Positions 12,470 through 24,231 of a stretch of DNA of 64,000 nt are shown in pieces. Source of the stretch: Dendrobates tinctorius (lineage: Eukaryota). A model generated the notes under the pieces. It did not search any database. It had not been told where the DNA came from and saw only the letters and a list, made by a program, of their open reading frames with translations. The DNA is taken from NCBI RefSeq assembly GCF_039654945.1, contig NW_027361807.1:496001-560000 (forward strand), in the 5' to 3' direction. Each line of letters starts with the position of its first letter. Position 1 is the first letter of the stretch. The position numbers and the translations under genes were made by a program.

Positions 12470-12600
12470 AGAAATGGCGGCTGCAGCGCTTTTTATAGTG
12501 CATCATGACATCATTTCAGCAGCCAATCACAGCCATGCCAGTAGTTAACATGCCTACATGCCTAACAGGATGTGCCCACACTTCTGAGGATCCCCATTGG
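12470..12600 (-). promoter_or_regulatory. Putative Pol II promoter of the hAT transposase
   Basis: On the minus strand: CCAAT-box motifs (12596-12600, 12523-12527), TGATGTCA (CRE-like), TATAAAAA (12490-12497), then a YY1-like GCCGCCATTT (12472-12481). It points toward the transposase from just inside the terminus. Confidence 0.55.
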
Positions 12601-12750
12601 CTGAATCAAATCGAGCGGGCTCCTAGCATTATGGGAACTTCCGATTCCGGTATTCGATATGAAAAAAGTATCGGAACTAAGTATCGGAATTCCGATACAG
12701 CTAATATCGGCCGATACCCGATACTTGCGGTATCGGAATGCTCAACACTA

Positions 12751-13551
12751 TTCACCCCTTGTTTGGATGAGAAACGCAAAAGAGAGGAATGCCTGAGTCA
12801 CCAGATGGTTTCAGTCCCTACAAAACTTCAGTTTCTCAATGGGACATCGGGCAGGGAAATCACAGGGAAATGCGGATGCACTGTCAAGGGCCCGCTGTAT
12901 GGTGACAAATGTTCAACCCCACAAGTTTGAACAGAGGGTGGGGTATGTGAGACCGTGACCGGTGTCATATGCGAGGGTCGCTATGTATCCCCCAGGATGA
13001 GGATGGAGTCCTATTATATCCGCTGAAGTGCCTTGTGTTAACATTAGGACACATGTGAGTCAAAAGCAGAGTTAAAAGTGAGCGTGGACCTGGTCAGGTT
13101 ATTTGGCCAAGGCATTATTCAGTAAAAACCCAGCATGGGCTTTTAATTTTTGAGCGCTCTACAGGATGGTAGTGGGGCAGGTCGCTCCACTCCAGGGCCG
13201 GGTCTCACAAGTGGCCATGGCCACAGATTCTTGTTTAAACCCTGCAGTATAGGGTTTTGGGTGTGTCAGTGTTGGTCTTGGAAGCAGACTGAGCAGGAGG
13301 CTTTGCAGAGCTCTTTCTGTGAGAGGCAACACAGGGCCAAGCGGTGCCAAAAGCCTGGCACCCCAGCGTACACGGTGGTGCAGTCGGCCACGGCAATCAT
13401 TCATGGACTGTCTTTGTTTTCCTGGCTGCGAACCAGAGGATCCTTTGTACTTTCTATTTTGTGAGTACGCTGTACATTAAACAAGACTTTATTTTGAACT
13501 TTCCCTGGTCACTCCCTTCTAACTGCACAGCAAGGACACCGCTGCTCTACA
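12751..13551 (+). mobile_element. Possible LTR remnant into which the hAT inserted
   Basis: GC-richer non-coding block with ATTAAA and a T-rich tract near its end, terminating in ...CTCTACA. The 5' end is not visible. Confidence 0.3.
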
Positions 13552-14023
13552 CCTCCAATAAAAAAAACCTGGAAGCACACGGACATTTCACACAAATGTG
13601 AGAATGTAGAATAAAGTATTTTACAAATAACATTATCATTCCAAATTACACAGTGCAGATACAGAGTAATATTTACATCCAGGCACTTACCACTGACGTA
13701 TTGTCTAATTATAGCCACTTTCTCATATTTCTTCTCCATCTGGTCAGACCTTCTTTCCAACATCTCCCAGCCATGACACGTCTTGTCACGATGATCGTTG
13801 CAGCCCTGAAAATAACAAGGTCACATACATTGTATACATACATGTGTTTCCTCCCTGAATACAGATATGTACCCCACCATTTAAAAATATTAAGTGATAA
13901 GCATTAAGCATCATTGTGTCCCTCTTTAAATATAATCTTTGACTCCCAATAATATAAATGATTTTGTCTGTGACTCTCCCCATTTAACTGTACAGTACAA
14001 GCAAAGTGAATGAGATTCCTGAA

Positions 14024-14250
14024 GTCTCATGCACACGTTGCTTATTTTTTCCTTGCAGATTTGCAGCAGATTAAAAATCTGCATAATGTCAATTCTTGCA
14101 CGTATTTCACACGTACTAAAGGGGGAAAATATATAAAGCATGGGAAAACTGTTTAAAAACAATGCATTTTAGGCAACTTTCTTCTTGCCAACACATTAGG
14201 ATATGCAGCGGAATATTGTCCTGCAAATCCTGAACTTGTGTACATAGCTT
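14024..14250. mobile_element. Degenerate PIF/Harbinger-type MITE
   Basis: Imperfect termini AGTCTCATGCACACG...TTGTGTACATAGCT; internal GCAGATTT/AAATCTGC motifs as in the 29734 MITE. Confidence 0.45.
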
Positions 14251-14629
14251 TAGTCCCTGTCGTGTGTCCCCCCCCATCCATTATAAGTCTTTGATAGCAT
14301 CATAATGAATTTGGGGGTGGGAGAAGATGCTATTAGGTACTGAGCATCCTCCGCCACCTCCCAATTTATTACAAGTCTGACAGCGTCTTCTCCCACCTTT
14401 CAATTCATTATAAAGGGTCCTATGCACCTTATCGCCTCCTCTCTCACTCCCTAATAAATTTTAAGTCCCCAATATCATCACAATGAATTGTGAGATGGAG
14501 GAGGACACTATCAGGGTCTTAGCACCCTCCTCCACCACCCAATTAATTTTACATCCATATCTAACGTCCTCCTCCCCTTGTTCGTAAGCCCATTATAAGT
14601 CCCCCATCCTCCCATCCCAATCCCGCACA

Positions 14630-15400
14630 TCCCTCATTGTCCTCCTCCCCCCACATCCCATCATTGTTCTCTCCCCACCTCCATCATTGCCCTCTCCACC
14701 ATCCTCATCATTGCCCTCTCCACTGCCTCCATCATTGCCTTCTCCACCACCCTCATCGTTGCCCTCTCCACGATACTCATCATTGCCCTCTCCACCACCC
14801 CATCATTGCCCTCTGCTTCACCTCCATCATTGCTCCATCACCTCCATCATTGCCTTCTCCACCACATCCATCATTGCCTTCTCCCCACCTCCATCACTGC
14901 CCTCTCCAACACCCCCATCATTGCCCTCTCCAACACCCCCATCATTGCCCTCTCCACCACCCTCATCGTTGCCCTCTCCACGATACTCATCATTGCCCTC
15001 TCCACCACCCCATCATTGCCCTCTGCTTCACCTCCATCATTGCCCCATCACCTCCATCATTGCCTTCTCCACCATATACATCATTGCCTTCTCCCCACCT
15101 CCATCATTGCCCTCTCCACCACATCCATCGTTGTCTTCTCCACCACTCCAATCATTGCCTTCTCAACCACCCCAAACATTGCCCTTTCCACCACACCAAT
15201 TATGGTCCTGCCCATCACCGCCATCATTGCCCTCTCCACCACCACAATCATTGTTCTCCCCCACCACTCCCATCATTTCCCTCTCCCCCACCTCCATCAT
15301 TACCCTCTCCAACAACCCAATCATTGTTCTCCCACACCACCTCTATCATTGCCTTCCCCCCATTTCCATCACCACCCAACATTGCCTCACACACACCACC
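14630..15400. repeat. C-rich ~21-bp minisatellite (CCATCATTGCCCTCTCCACC-like) with a 210-bp higher-order duplication
   Basis: CATCATTGCC recurs about every 21 bp; the block at 14761 reappears at 14971. Confidence 0.9.
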
Positions 15401-15765
15401 ACTCACCTCTCCGCATGTTCCCCACAGCCGCATCATCTTCATCACCGGCAGCTTTTTCTCTGACACAGGCGCGCTGAATGCTGACGTCATCCAGACATGC
15501 GGCTGTGTCAGACAGTAAAGTACTGGGCAGGAAGCGGTGGATGGATTTGTGCAGCTCCACTCCTCTGCCATTTTCTTCTGTGATCACTCCCTACCCATCG
15601 CATATGAGGGCAATCTGACCAGGACCCCCCCGAAAGTCAGGGTCGGAGAAACAGGTCATATTGCCCCCAGTGTTAGCCGCCCTGCAGAGGCCCCCCCTAC
15701 ACCTCCAGGCCCCGATGCAGCTGCACCAGCTGCACATGTGGTATGTCCGCCCCTGGTGTAGGGAC

Positions 15766-18295
15766 ATCATCCTTATTCTCATTTGCACATGGAAACATGA
15801 GAAACAATGGAATGAAACTGAAAGGAAGAAGAAACAGATTAGATATTAGAGTAATAACAACAGCTGATAAAAAGTTGGCATAATTAATAGATAATTGTGT
15901 GTTTAAACCTAATATAGGAGTAGTATCCACATCTGCCAGGTAATAGACTAATAAAAGACTAATAGTCATGTACAATACTTTATTAATTACAACATAGTCA
16001 TAATTTAAATACAGGCAAGGGAAAAGACATGGATGTAGCACATAGGCAAAAAAAAAACAACCAAGGGGCACAGAAGGCAATGGACTGGTAGGGTGTCACT
16101 TATACTGAATTAGAGATCACTGTGGAAACAGAGCCATGACATCCTGCAGCACAATCAAGTAACTGTATAACCCTAGTAATCAGACCATGTGGTCTGGTGT
16201 GCATCACAAAGAAAGGAGAATCTTGCTAACAATGTAGCATAATGCAGTGACCAAGTAAATATACCTGGTAATTAATATCATGTGGGCAATGTAGCCCAAG
16301 TTATAAAGTTATTATCATAATAAAAACATGTAACTGCCGGAAGTGACGCCTGCCATTGCCAGGGTAACCATGTTGCTGGCCAGTGTCCGCACATGAGGCC
16401 AATGACACCATGGCCACATGAGGAATCACATGACCCGACATCACCACCCAATAGAGATTCAGAGAGCTGGCCGGGGCAGAGACGCAGATGCGTGCAGGAC
16501 CACAATGTGGAGAGCAACAAAGCAGGGGTAATTAGGCCACAATAAACAATTAACAAAAAGGTGTGCAAGTGATAAAAAATGTTGCAGTATAGGATACCAT
16601 CACAAACAGCATGGCATGCCACACATATTGGTTAATGTAAACAAATGCCCAAATATGCTAATATATCATATTTTCAAAGACAAGGAGACTTATTAAGTAC
16701 TATCAAAAATAAAAATATACAAAAATAGCAAGAGATACACAACAGATATCTATACCAAATTACACGATGGAAAGTATTCAAGTATATTCTTGATAGCAGG
16801 CATATAAAGGATCCATGCATGCAGCTGCTAGTTCAGATGGGATACCATCAAAGGCAAAACAACAAGGGTATGGTGTAGGTACAAGAGATCTAAAAGTGAT
16901 AATAATAGCACACAAAATTAAAAAGTATTAAAAACATTACATTTGCCTATGTAGGATGGCAAATATGTCAACACAGCAGAACAGCGATCACAGAAATGGG
17001 GTGAAACTCAAATTCTCATTGAGGCTCCGGGGTTGGATAGTCTGTAGCATCCAAATCCATTTAGATTCCAGGCAGGTCAACTGTTGGGTTATCCCTCCAC
17101 CGTGAATATTGATGGTAAGTATGTCTATGTCTCTAACTCTAAGCAAGTCACTATTGCATTGGTGATAAAGTTTAAAATGACGTGGTATTGTCTTTAGGGT
17201 GGAGGCGTCCATGTGGTTGACGGCAGCCTGTATACTCACAATACATGCTTACGCACCCATACTTTGAGTTGGGGTGATGTGAGCCACATAAATTAGTGTA
17301 CAGGGACATGTCACATGATAAATTACATTTGTTGATATACGCGTTACATATTTTTTGATCCTGTATGTCTTTGAGCCATCAGAGTTGGTAAACGAGTTGC
17401 AAGCGTCAATATTAGAACAGGCTACACATCGCCCACATGGAGCGCATCCAAGCCTAACGGCAACACAATTGAGGAATGTAGTCTTGGTTTCTCCCACATA
17501 GTGACTACAGACCAAATGGTCCTGAAGGAGTTTAGAGCGACTCACGGTAATGGCAGGCCTCTCAGGCAATATTTTTGAAAGAATGGGATCAATTTTTAGG
17601 ATGGGCCAAGATGTTTCTAAAGCTGCAAGCATCAATTCATATTGTGAATTGTAGTTAGTTATAAATCTTATTTCTTCTTTTTAATCTACACTCCTATTTT
17701 TATGTAGCAAATCATTTTGGCTTGAGCGTCTATCTCTATTATAGGCCTTTTTTATCATCCTATTACTATAGCCACAAATCTGAGTATTAATTCCGTCGCC
17801 TGCTTTTCAAAATCATGGTCCGTGGAGCATAGCCTCCGAGGACGGAGGAACTTACCAGTGGAGACCAATCTAATAATATGCTTTGGGTGGGCCGAGGAAG
17901 AGTGTAAAAGCATATTAGTGGATGTGGGTTTGCTGAACATCTCGGTTTGGATCATGTCATGCTGATCTCTCCTTAATGTGACATCGAGAAATTAAATTCT
18001 TTCAGTGTCACATATATAAATAACATGTATATTGAGGTCACTGCTGTCCAAAGTGGCCATGAATTTATGAAGGGAGGAGGATAAAATAGATTAGATATTA
18101 GAAAAAACTTTTGACAGTGAGGCGATCAATGAGTAGAACAGGCTGCCACGAGAGGTGGTGAATTCTCCTTCAATGGAAGTATTCAGAGACTGGACAGACA
18201 TCTGTCTGAGATGGTTTAGTGAATCCTGCATTGACCAGGGGATTGGACATGCTGAGCCTTGAAATCCCTTCCAACTCTAATATGCTATGATTCTA
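15766..18295 (+). mobile_element. CR1 LINE 3' end fragment split by a Penelope-like insertion (CR1 parts about 15766-15850 and 18088-18295)
   Basis: Both parts match consecutive stretches of the CR1 3' end at 36600-36886 (TTATTCTCATTTGCACA...AGATTAGATATTAGAAAAAACTTTT...CCCTTCCAACTCTA). Confidence 0.85.
15851..18087 (-). mobile_element. 5'-truncated Penelope-like retroelement (RT C-terminus plus GIY-YIG endonuclease pseudogene at about 16988-18000)
   Basis: Minus-strand fragments FLDVTL; FSKPTSTNMLLHSSSAHP...GKFLR (RT thumb); CGRCVAC; NVIYHVTCPCTLIYV (GIY-YIG); LESKWIWMLQTIQPRSLNE. Flanked by the direct repeat AGATTAGATATTAGA. Confidence 0.9.
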
Positions 18296-19611
18296 CTTAA
18301 GACACCTCCACCTGTTGGGAGGTGCCTGAACAACATTTGTGCAAAGTTAGATAATACTTGACAGCCTGCTGTTAGGTACCCTTGTCCACTTTGTCTGATC
18401 CTGACCCTGCTTTGTCTAATCTGAATCCTGCTTGCATTTTTGACCTGTCTGCTCTCCAGAAGACGCACAGTGTGTACCAGTACCAGTGGCAGCTCTCACT
18501 ACAGTGTAAAACCTGTACCAGTGGCTGTTGTATCTGCAGTCCAGAAGCCACACAGTCTGAACAAGTACCAGTGGTTGGCCTGACCTGCTTGGGACACACA
18601 ATCTGAATCAGCATCTGTGACCCTTGGGAACAGCTGCTACTGTTCAGGGCACTGGTAATGGTAAGGTTTTATTGTCAGAGGTTAGGACTATCCCAAATAG
18701 GGTCGCCATGATGTGGTGCGATGGCTTTTACATTCTTTTGATTTAAATTATATTAACTAAGCACCCTATATTATTTTCATGCACTATTGCTGTTTGTTTA
18801 TTTATTTACTGCAGAATATTTGCTTCAGCTGCTACTTTTCCTGACACTACCCTGAAGTGGCAAGTGGCAGCTACCTGCCACACAAGCCTGATCTCGCCAT
18901 CATAGGCTCCAGTGAATACCAGGTAGCCGCTTAGTTACGCCCCTCCAGGTTAAGCCTGGCCAAAGCGCAGTGTATTCACAATCCACAGGCATTACAATAT
19001 ATTTTTATATTCCCCATGTTGCTCTTACTTCCTTTTTTTGCCCCTGTCCTCTTGTTGCTTTTTTTTCTTCTTTTTTTAAATTTTTTGTATGTTAGTTTAT
19101 ATGTATATAACAATTCTTTTGTCTCTGACATGCAGGAACTGTAATGTGACCTCAATCTGTTGTCAGGTGATTCGATCACCACAGTTTCAACATAGCTTTA
19201 CTTGTGATTGGGCGTCATCCACGAAGGGGTAATGGTTATGTGACCGCAAAGTGATGACGCAAAAAGATTAGTCCAGGATTGGCCAATATCAGCGGGCGCG
19301 ATGTTTCCATATATCTAGGGATCTTTTGGATTGATTGAACTGTTGCCTTGACAGCAAAGATGCGGATATGAAAGAATATTATGACATGTCATTTGTTTTA
19401 TGATATCTGGGATCTGTGATTTATGTGTTTACAATCTGCTATGATGTTCACTAATGTTTTCATCTGCATTGTACGTAATGCGTAAAGTATATAGAGAGTT
19501 TTACAGGTAATGTGTTTGATGGGCGGTCTTGTAAGGGGGAGGTGACATGAATTCTCATTGGTGCTTCTCTAATCAGTATTATTTAAACCTGCTGTTTGCA
19601 TTATGTTGATA

Positions 19612-19648
19612 TGTTTGGCAAAGACTGGTTTATGGTCGAAACGTTGCA
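19612..19648 (+). ncRNA. Degenerate minimal hammerhead-like motif in an AT-rich Penelope-type insert (about 19000-19730)
   Basis: TGT-TTGGCAA-A-GAC-TGGTTTATG-GTC-GAAACGTT-GCA. Stem II GAC/GTC, GAAA and palindromic AACGTT are present; the first core box is degenerate; AATAAA follows. Confidence 0.45.
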
Positions 19649-19734
19649 CTGCTTTGGCAGAATAAAAGCAGATTTGGTAACTTCACCAAAGCTTGATGCT
19701 GTCTTTCTACTCAGCTTATAGTGATAACAGCTAA

Positions 19735-19891
19735 GGCCTCTTTCACACTTCAGTTTTTTGCATCAGTCAAGATCCGCCAAAGGGACGGATGGCGGATCCG
19801 TTTTAGTACTGATGACAACGGATGTCACCCGTCCGTTTTTTTGATGGATCCGACAAATCAAGAATTTTAAAGGAATCGCAGCCTGGAAAAG

Positions 19892-19923
<32 letters not shown>

Positions 19924-20215
19924 TTTTTTGTCTGGCACCCAGAAAGAATTTCGGGTTAAATGAGTGTCTGGAGAATCCGCCACAGAAAAAAACGTTGCAA
20001 GCTCCGTTTTGAAATCTTTGAGGATGGTGACGGACAGGAACTTTTGGCGGATCCGCAAAAAAAACGGATGCAACGGACGGCAATCCGTCACAATCCGCCA
20101 ATAATGGAAGTCAATGGGGAAAAAAACGGATCCTCAAAAGAAAATTGCGGATCCGTTTTTTTCAAAACCTGGCGGATTGTGACTGATTGTAAAAAACGGA
20201 AGTGTGAAAGAGGCC
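19735..20215. mobile_element. PIF/Harbinger-type MITE with central (GA)n
   Basis: TIR GGCCTCTTTCACACTTC / GAAGTGTGAAAGAGGCC; TAA on both sides; internal CGGATCCG motifs. Confidence 0.9.
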
Positions 20216-21817
20216 TAAGTCATGAGACATAGGCAATTTCACAATTGCCTCTAAGGTTTAAGTGCAATCAGGATATAGCAGCTTTTTAGGTTGCAGCGTA
20301 TTTTCGTTCTAATCACGCAGGTAAATCCGCGTATGTTCAGTGAGCCATGCGGATTTACCGCAAGTAATGAATGGCTATGGGTGAGACTACGTAGCAGAGA
20401 CTAGCGTCTCCTCTGCAGATAATTGACCGAGGGTGAGTTTACGCTGCGTCAAATAGAAGCACGGTGAGCATGGAGTTTCTATAAAACCCATTCACTGTGC
20501 TTGTAGCCTAGAACGCAGCAGTTTGGAAGCAGTTCAGGTGAGCTGCGTTCAAACCACTGCTATTCCGGATCGTGGGCACATAACCTTAGCTGGTGTAACT
20601 GGCATCCTGGAATTTGCAATTTAATCCAGACCTGCTTCTTGTTACAGGCAGGTGGCTAAAGTTCCGATATCATTTTATCAGGTGCTTTCTCTTTATGCAA
20701 ATCACTATTATTCCAAGAATCTACAGTCATTTCCATTGTGTTCTGTATGCACATTAGGCCAAACCTAAGAAACTCTTTTTAGTAGACACTGATGGCTATT
20801 TATTAACTTCAGTCATTGCCATCCTGTTTCTTTTGTCTGTGAGTGTCTCTTCTTTGTCGAACATTGTCTAGATACACAGCATTTTTCAATGATAACAAGC
20901 AGGAGTGGGTATGAAAGACTCCTTAAACCTCACTACAAACATTAATGCTACAATAGCGAGTTTCTCTAACGCATTGACAGTTTTTCTGTGACAGCTATAG
21001 TGAGAGGAATCAAAATGACAGTAGTGCCAGAACTGTAACCTGATATACACAAATGGCACCTGATGAACCCATATGTCCAACATTTTACTCAAAAGAATAG
21101 TGCTTCATGCGGCGCTATTTTTCTACCACTTATGGTAAAATCTACCTCAAAGGCTTCTAATAGAGCATTCGAAGCAGATGCTAACCAAGTCTAAGACATA
21201 TGGAGGCTGATAGATCAAAGTGTTTATGTCAAAGAAAAACTGTCTTAAAACACTTTGAAAAGTTGCAAATTTTGAGAGTTTCTAAAAATGTTTACAACTT
21301 TTGGTGTTTTCACACCAGTTTCAAGCAGCTCTGCCCAAAAAGGATGGAACTGAGGAGGAGCTGGGACTGATGTGAATACGCTCTCCTGTCCCATTCATGG
21401 AAAGTGGCGGCAAAAAGTGGCAGCGATTCTTACACGAGAAATGCTAATCCTGAGTCTGCCTGAAGTAACAATTCTGGTGAGGTGCAAGCCACTGATAAAA
21501 TGTGGTAAATTCATTAAGTGTGCCTCTAAATGAATTATGCACATCTAATTCCTGCAAGAGTATGAAATGCCAGTCATAATGACTCTGGGCCATGGTCTAT
21601 ATGGTTCATTATTATGGAGTTGTGTGCTACTGTACATTATAGTACCTGTGTACATTTTTATATACTGATCGAGAAGCAGAACAGCTCTCTAATGTGGCAT
21701 CACATTTTTTTCTTAAAACCTTCATAAGTCTTCATATGAAATTGAAGGCATCTATGACTGCTTTATCACAGATCTGTACTCTCCATGGTCCTTTTCCGAA
21801 ATATAGTTGTGTGTGAG

Positions 21818-23462
21818 TGTAAGCAGAAGGACTGGGCTAGGGGTACCTTTCTTGCGCTGGGTCTGGAACTGTCGGGGCTGTCTCCTTTGTTGTCTGAGGG
21901 AAAGCTTAAAGAACCGGACCAACCATTGCACTTGGTAGCAGAGGGCGTGTCTGAGGCTAAAAAGCAAAAGCGCGCTCAGAAACAGGAAGACTTGGCAGGA
22001 ACTGACAGCGCGCAGCAGGAGGAGGTGAGTGCTCTGTCACTCGAACACCATACCAGCATAGGCCCACACTCCAGCATCCCCGCTGTCATCTGCAGAGACT
22101 GTGAACAGAGACATACTGTGTGCCTGTTGGACCACGCAAGGCAAGGTGCCAAACGCTCCTAGCTCTTGAGTACCGCACGCGTGCTGCCTAAGAAGGACCG
22201 GGGGTGTGACCGTGAATTGAACCCTGACCACCCGGTGCATATTTGTCAGGCCATGTTGGGCTCCGACATTGCTGTGGCTAGTGCCTTACCCTCCACAGCA
22301 CCTACTGGACTTAGGATCCTGCAGAAGGCATCAGAGACTCACCTCTGCCGAGAGGACACAGCTCGTCATTGTCTTCAGGACTACACCAGATTAACCCTGC
22401 GCTGACCTTTGTTGGTGCCATCGCTTGTTTAGTGGACTCTACAGTCTGGAAGCCATCGGATTGGATAAGTTATACCTTTAGAACTGCTACCGTCATTGTC
22501 CCCTGCATTTTCCCAAACCGCATACCCTTTATGACCTATTTCCTGCATTATCCCTGCATGGAGTATTGGGCAGCAACCAACAGAATGTTTTTTAACAGGG
22601 AAAAATGCAAAGTACTACATCTGGGCAATAAAAATGAAAAAAGCATATACAGAATGGGAGGAGTAGGGCTAAGCAACAGCACATGTGAAAAAGACTTGGG
22701 TATACTAATAGATCACAGACTGAATATGAGTCAACAGTGTGATGCAGCAGCAAAAAAAGGCAAATCCAATTCTAGGATCTATTAACAGAAGCATACAGTC
22801 TAGATCACATGAAGTCATTATTGCCCTCTACTCCTCTTTGGTCAGACCTCATCTGGAATACTGTGTCCAGTTTTGGGCACCACATTTTACAAAAGACATG
22901 AACAAACTGGAGCAAGTTCAGAAAAGAGAGACCAGAATGGTGGCTGGTCTGCATACCCTGTCTTATGAGGAAAGGTTGCAGGATTTGGGAATGTTTAGCT
23001 TGCAGAAGACAAGACTGAGAGGAGACTTAATAGCTGTCTACAAATATCTCAAGGGCTGTCACATTGTAGAAGGATCATCTTTATTCTCATTTGCACAAGG
23101 AAAGACTAGAAGCAATGGGATGAAACTGAATGGGAGGAGACACAGATTAGAAAAAACTTTTTGATAGTTATAGTGATCAATGAGTGGAACAGACTGCCAA
23201 GAGAGGTGGTGAGTTCTCCTTCAATAGAAGTCTTCAAACAGAGGCTGGACAGACATCTGTCTGGGATGATTTAGCGAATCCTGCTTTGAGCAGGGGGTTG
23301 GACCAGATGGCCCAGGAGGTCCCTTCCAACTCTACGATTCTATGATTCTATGATCCCTGTTTAACTCTTTATCTCCCTGCGTGGAGTGCGTACTTGTTAA
23401 AGTAAAATACGTTAACCCTTGCTCTGTCTCCTTCCATCACTACATCCCGCAACCTGCTCACA
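21818..23462 (+). mobile_element. Solo LTR (Gypsy-type) containing a CR1 insertion
   Basis: Begins TGTAAGCAG and ends CTGCTCACA (TG...CA, imperfect inverted ends); 4-bp direct repeat TGAG at 21814-21817 and 23463-23466. Confidence 0.7.
22560..23353 (+). mobile_element. CR1 LINE 3' fragment (ORF2 C-terminus, frameshifted)
   Basis: FNREKCKVLHLG, EKDLG, LVRPHLEYCVQFWAP, RLRGDLI; (ATTCTATG)n tail; near-identical to 36085-36886. Confidence 0.95.
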
Positions 23463-24231
23463 TGAGAATGGATGAAAAGATTCAAATGTACGCCTTCTTA
23501 TTATGAGCTTATTTACATTGGATGAAAGTTGAAAGAAATGGATGATTTTGGACAAAATGATCAGTCTTCAGCTGGGTTATTGAAATAAATGACTGACATT
23601 CGAACCATTGTAGCAGTTAAAAATACTGATTTGGTGTATTGTATTTTTCCGCTCAATGATCAGTACTGCTTGGAAGGATGTGTGTGTATTAGGCCTCCTT
23701 CACACGTCCTGGTAATTCTTGTACAGGAAAAAACAATACTAGTGAGATTTGTGCCCATGTATACGTATGTGACATGCAATCCATGTGTCCGTATGACACG
23801 AACCGACTCCTGGGAACAGGCGGTACAGTTTGCGCTGTTCCCAGGTGCCAGCTGGCTGCTAAAGGCAGTGCTCATTATTATCTCCTGCTCGCGCTGAAAT
23901 CAGCGTGACCCAGAGACAATAATGGAAGTTGCATTGAGCAGTAGCTGTGTCCCTAATTTGTAAAATAGCAAACCGTAGAGGGTGGCACCACCAAGTAAAA
24001 GAGAGATCAACTTAATGCATATGGAAATGTCAAGTCTGGCACTTAGTGGAGTAATAGGGTTGGGGGTTGATGTCACTTTTGCATTGTCAGGTGATATCAA
24101 GCCCGGGGGTTACTACTGGAGAGACGTCTATAAGACGCCCCCATTATTAACTCCTAGTCAGTTTGTAAGTAAACATATAGCAAGAATAAAGTCCCTTATA
24201 ATACAAACACTCTGCTTAGCACATTTATTTA

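Larger units (their letters stand above)
1..12750 (-). mobile_element. Large hAT-superfamily DNA transposon; one terminus at 12750, the other outside the window
   Basis: Contains a hAT transposase ORF. Ends in ...GGAATGCTCAACACTA (reverse complement TAGTGTTGAGCATTCC, a hAT-like TAG terminus), preceded by clustered subterminal TATCGG/CCGATA motifs at 12640-12740. Including the repeat arrays in the element is inferred because no second terminus is seen between 1 and 8145. Confidence 0.75.

Noticed and set aside
14637-15518. His/Pro/Ser-rich ORFs of 223-293 aa
   Set aside because: Open in all three frames because the C-rich minisatellite lacks stop codons.
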